From: Nitrospirota bacterium
GTDB taxonomy: Bacteria; Nitrospirota; UBA9217
Direction: 5' to 3'
Assembly (NCBI GenBank): GCA_963737155.1
Contig: CAVTRN010000002.1
Location: 2,112,001 to 2,176,000, forward strand
Length of the DNA stretch: 64,000 bases
A model generated the notes under the pieces. The model saw nothing but the letters and a program-made list of their open reading frames with translations, ran no database searches and had not been told where the DNA came from. Every line of letters begins with the position of its first letter. Position 1 is the first letter of the stretch. The translations under genes were made by a program, and so were the position numbers. Positions 61,466 to 64,000 of the stretch are shown here, one piece after another.

Positions 61466-62641
61466 TCAGTTTTTAGTGAACTGATTCTGCTGCCTCGCGG
61501 TAGATGACGGCAAAATGATCTGCTCACGAGCAACGGAGCCGACAGGCAAGACACTGACATTATAGCTGCTGATTAGCAGTCCAGGGATCTCGAACTGTGA
61601 CTGTATTTCCGCTTCATGCCCTTCCGCACAAACAATTGCCCTGACTACGCTCCCCTGTTTGACTACGGTAATTGTTCCATCTTTTCCGATTTCGACGGCC
61701 CGCGAAGTATCGATCCTGCTGTCCAAAGCTTCCTGGAGCGGTTTATCCAATGTTGTCCGGATCGTAAGGCCTTTGCGATACAATGCCTGTTCGCCGTAAA
61801 ATGACAGGAGTATCTGCTCGAGAGCGGTTTGGTAACAGGGACGGCTGTTCTGGCCGGAGAACGTGGTAAAATCAAACCTGTCCTTTCCTTCTTGCCTCAG
61901 TTGGACAGGCGCGGCAAGTGCCTCATTATATTCCTCGTCGGTCAGCAAATTTGCCTGGTGCATGTTGAAAAGAACCTGTTCCTGCCTATGTCTGGCCTTC
62001 CCCATTCGATTATAAGGGTTGTAGTAATGTGGATTAGGCAACATGCCTGCTAGAAGCGCCGCTTCAGATGGCGTAAGTTCCGACGTATGTTTGTCGAAAT
62101 AATATCTACTGGCCGCCTCGATGCCGTTTATGCCATCGCCCCACTCAACTTCGTTCAGGTAAATCTCAAGTATCCTTCGCTTTGAAAGTATTTGTTCCGC
62201 CCTCTGTGCCAGAACATACTCGCGTAGCTTTCGCGTTATTGTTTTCTCCTTAGACAGAAGCACATTCTTGATCATCTGCTGTGTTATCGTGCTTCCTCCC
62301 CGAGCAAACCGGTGTTTCTTAACGTCGCGGACCAACGCGTCCCACGTGGCTTTGTAGTTAACCGCGCCGTGTTCGAAAAAAGTATCGTCTTCCGCAGTTA
62401 TGACGGCGCGGATGACCAGGTCGGGCATGACCGAAATAGGCAGCCAGATACGGAATTTCCGCTCATAATAATGCGTAAGAATATTTCCGTCCTTATCAAG
62501 GACTTCAGAGGCTACTGCCGGGCGGTAGTGTTTGAGCACGGACACGTCAGGAAGAGAACGAAGAGCGAGATAAGACCATAGAACAAAGGATAGAACAGGA
62601 ACCACAATAAATGCAAGAACCGCAATAAGTATCTTTTTCAT
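61466..62641 (-). CDS. Peptidoglycan transglycosylase (GT51) lacking a transpeptidase domain
   Basis: AEDDTFFEH, GGSTITQQ, RKLRE, YLN. Confidence 0.85.
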   Translation of the reverse strand: MKKILIAVLAFIVVPVLSFVLWSYLALRSLPDVSVLKHYRPAVASEVLDKDGNILTHYYERKFRIWLPISVMPDLVIRAVITAEDDTFFEHGAVNYKATWDALVRDVKKHRFARGGSTITQQMIKNVLLSKEKTITRKLREYVLAQRAEQILSKRRILEIYLNEVEWGDGINGIEAASRYYFDKHTSELTPSEAALLAGMLPNPHYYNPYNRMGKARHRQEQVLFNMHQANLLTDEEYNEALAAPVQLRQEGKDRFDFTTFSGQNSRPCYQTALEQILLSFYGEQALYRKGLTIRTTLDKPLQEALDSRIDTSRAVEIGKDGTITVVKQGSVVRAIVCAEGHEAEIQSQFEIPGLLISSYNVSVLPVGSVAREQIILPSSTARQQNQFTKN

Positions 62642-62650
62642 GGCAGAATA

Positions 62651-62809
62651 CTAGCTTTTGCTCTCGTCGCGAGAATCGTCATTTGTCTTATCCCTTCTAC
62701 AGAAGGAACCGGTGGCAGTTCTTCAACCTCCCGCGACCCCGTTGCTCAGGCGGAAAAGGGTGAGAAGTGCAATAACAATGATCACAATCGTTACAAGGGT
62801 ATCAGACAT
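62651..62809 (-). CDS. Small membrane protein with in-frame TGA (candidate selenopeptide)
   Basis: GGAG RBS; MSDTLVTIVIIVIALLTLFRLSNGVAGG-TGA-RTATGSFCRRDKTNDDSRDESKS-TAG. Confidence 0.5.
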
Positions 62810-62857
62810 AAAATAGGCTCCAGACTTTTCTTTATCTTTTCATGAAGGATCAACTCG

Positions 62858-63418
62858 TTATTGAGAAACCATCATATCCTTTAACAGCTTAACCGCCGAT
62901 GGATTGCGCCAGTCCTCAGAGCCTATAATTTTATACCGAACAATTCCAGCACGGTCAAGTATGTAGGTCTCCGGGAATTTGAATGTGCCGTAACGCGCTG
63001 CTGTGGCCCGGTCGGGATCAAGCAGTACTGGCACGCTCAACCCCTTTTGTCTTAGGAAAGATCCAACAGCCGGGGCACCTCTTTCGTCAACACTTATTGC
63101 CAGTAGCGCGAAATCCGTCCCTGCTAATTCCTGGTTCAGATAGGCGAGCGTGGGAATCTCTTCCACGCAGGGTGGGCACCACGTAGCCCAGAAATGTACC
63201 ATAACTACCCTTCCGCGAAAATCGGAAAGGTTTACGAACTTACCGTCCAAGTCGTGGAGTTTAAATTCCGGTGCTTTATCACCAGTAGTAATAATCTTTC
63301 CAGCACTTTTATTGTCCTTGGCAACAAACACTACAACTAAAAGGACTACCGCAACTACTAGGACGAAAAGTAATATAATCTGTTTCATATTGCTGCTTTT
63401 AGAAACCTGCAATTCCAT
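62858..63418 (-). CDS. TlpA/ResA-family thiol-disulfide reductase
   Basis: N-terminal TM, HFWATWCPPC, FPETYI. Start may be 63388. Confidence 0.92.
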   Translation of the reverse strand: MELQVSKSSNMKQIILLFVLVVAVVLLVVVFVAKDNKSAGKIITTGDKAPEFKLHDLDGKFVNLSDFRGRVVMVHFWATWCPPCVEEIPTLAYLNQELAGTDFALLAISVDERGAPAVGSFLRQKGLSVPVLLDPDRATAARYGTFKFPETYILDRAGIVRYKIIGSEDWRNPSAVKLLKDMMVSQ

Positions 63419-63682
63419 GTCAATTCACCATCTACCTATGCTAGCATCAGGTAATTTCGGCCGATCAAATTGCGGTACGTATTATACAATTTATTACGAT
63501 GAGTATCAAGAATAATTACTGAATGATCAGGATATCGTTTGACCAAAACCTCGATTGCTCTTTTAGATTTCATGAACCACCGTATCCTCAGTGGTTTTCT
63601 GATTCTTTTTTGACAAAGTTTTTGCGTTGCTTTTCGTTATTTTTATTTAAAAAAACAAGCCGTTTTGTTATAATGAACCGTT

Positions 63683-64000
63683 ATGATTCACGAAATTAAA
63701 CTTCACGGGAAAGCCAACGAAAAACTAGATTACTTCGCTACGATTATGGGCTCTGATCTGAGCAGTAGGTACTTCTATGAGTCCCTTCCCGAAGGTGACC
63801 GGTTTTTCTCAGGCAGCAACGAATTTATCATAACGCCGACGGGAATCAGTTATGCAGGGACAGGCGGCAGTCTCTGCGAATACATGTTCGGCGTCGACTT
63901 GCCGCTCAAGGACCTGCTGAGAAAAGGTGTACCGAACCGTCTTATCATGAACGGCGCCTTCATTGACACCGGTAAGATCACCTTTACGAACAATACCGCG
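63683..64000 (+). CDS. TIGR04442-like conserved protein (partial, runs off right edge)
   Basis: MIHEIKLHG...RFFS...GTGGSLCEYMFGVD.PLKDLL...NRL; family recognised from memory. Confidence 0.6.
   Translation, partial: MIHEIKLHGKANEKLDYFATIMGSDLSSRYFYESLPEGDRFFSGSNEFIITPTGISYAGTGGSLCEYMFGVDLPLKDLLRKGVPNRLIMNGAFIDTGKITFTNNTA

Noticed and set aside
1-64000. tRNA, rRNA, CRISPR arrays, prophage or defence operons
   Set aside because: None recognised by eye; a covariance-model scan would be needed to exclude small RNAs.

Overview
Bacterial chromosomal window, probably from a Nitrospirota or Desulfobacterota-like anaerobe. The taxon is inferred from gene content such as the TIGR04442-like gene, REC-PilZ proteins and multiheme cytochromes. 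Housekeeping genes include fba, accA, the phoH-HD-ybeY-dgkA operon, cobO, rpmB, truA, livMGF and smc. There is also a TetR-regulated YbhGFSR/TolC-type exporter, several peptidases, a Mo-dependent oxidoreductase and a CbcAB-like heptaheme c/diheme b pair. Mobile and decayed DNA is abundant: a partial ISL3, an IS200/IS605 tnpB element, a tnpA relic, a group IIC intron relic and a sigma-factor relic. The most striking item is a 1,656-bp element present twice in inverted orientation (30475-32130 and 42792-44447). It has no terminal inverted repeats, a CTAA core at both ends and hairpin-rich termini, and both copies sit in similar target sequences (GATAnnCCTAATA). It encodes one ~500-aa protein with motifs resembling Rep_trans-type rolling-circle initiators plus a C-terminal winged helix, making it a candidate unclassified insertion-sequence family. 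Other leads are two small ORFs with UGA plus SECIS-like hairpins and a secreted His/Cys-ringed beta-propeller linked to an ABC exporter. No rRNA, tRNA or CRISPR array was recognised. All calls come from motif recognition by eye; no searches were run.
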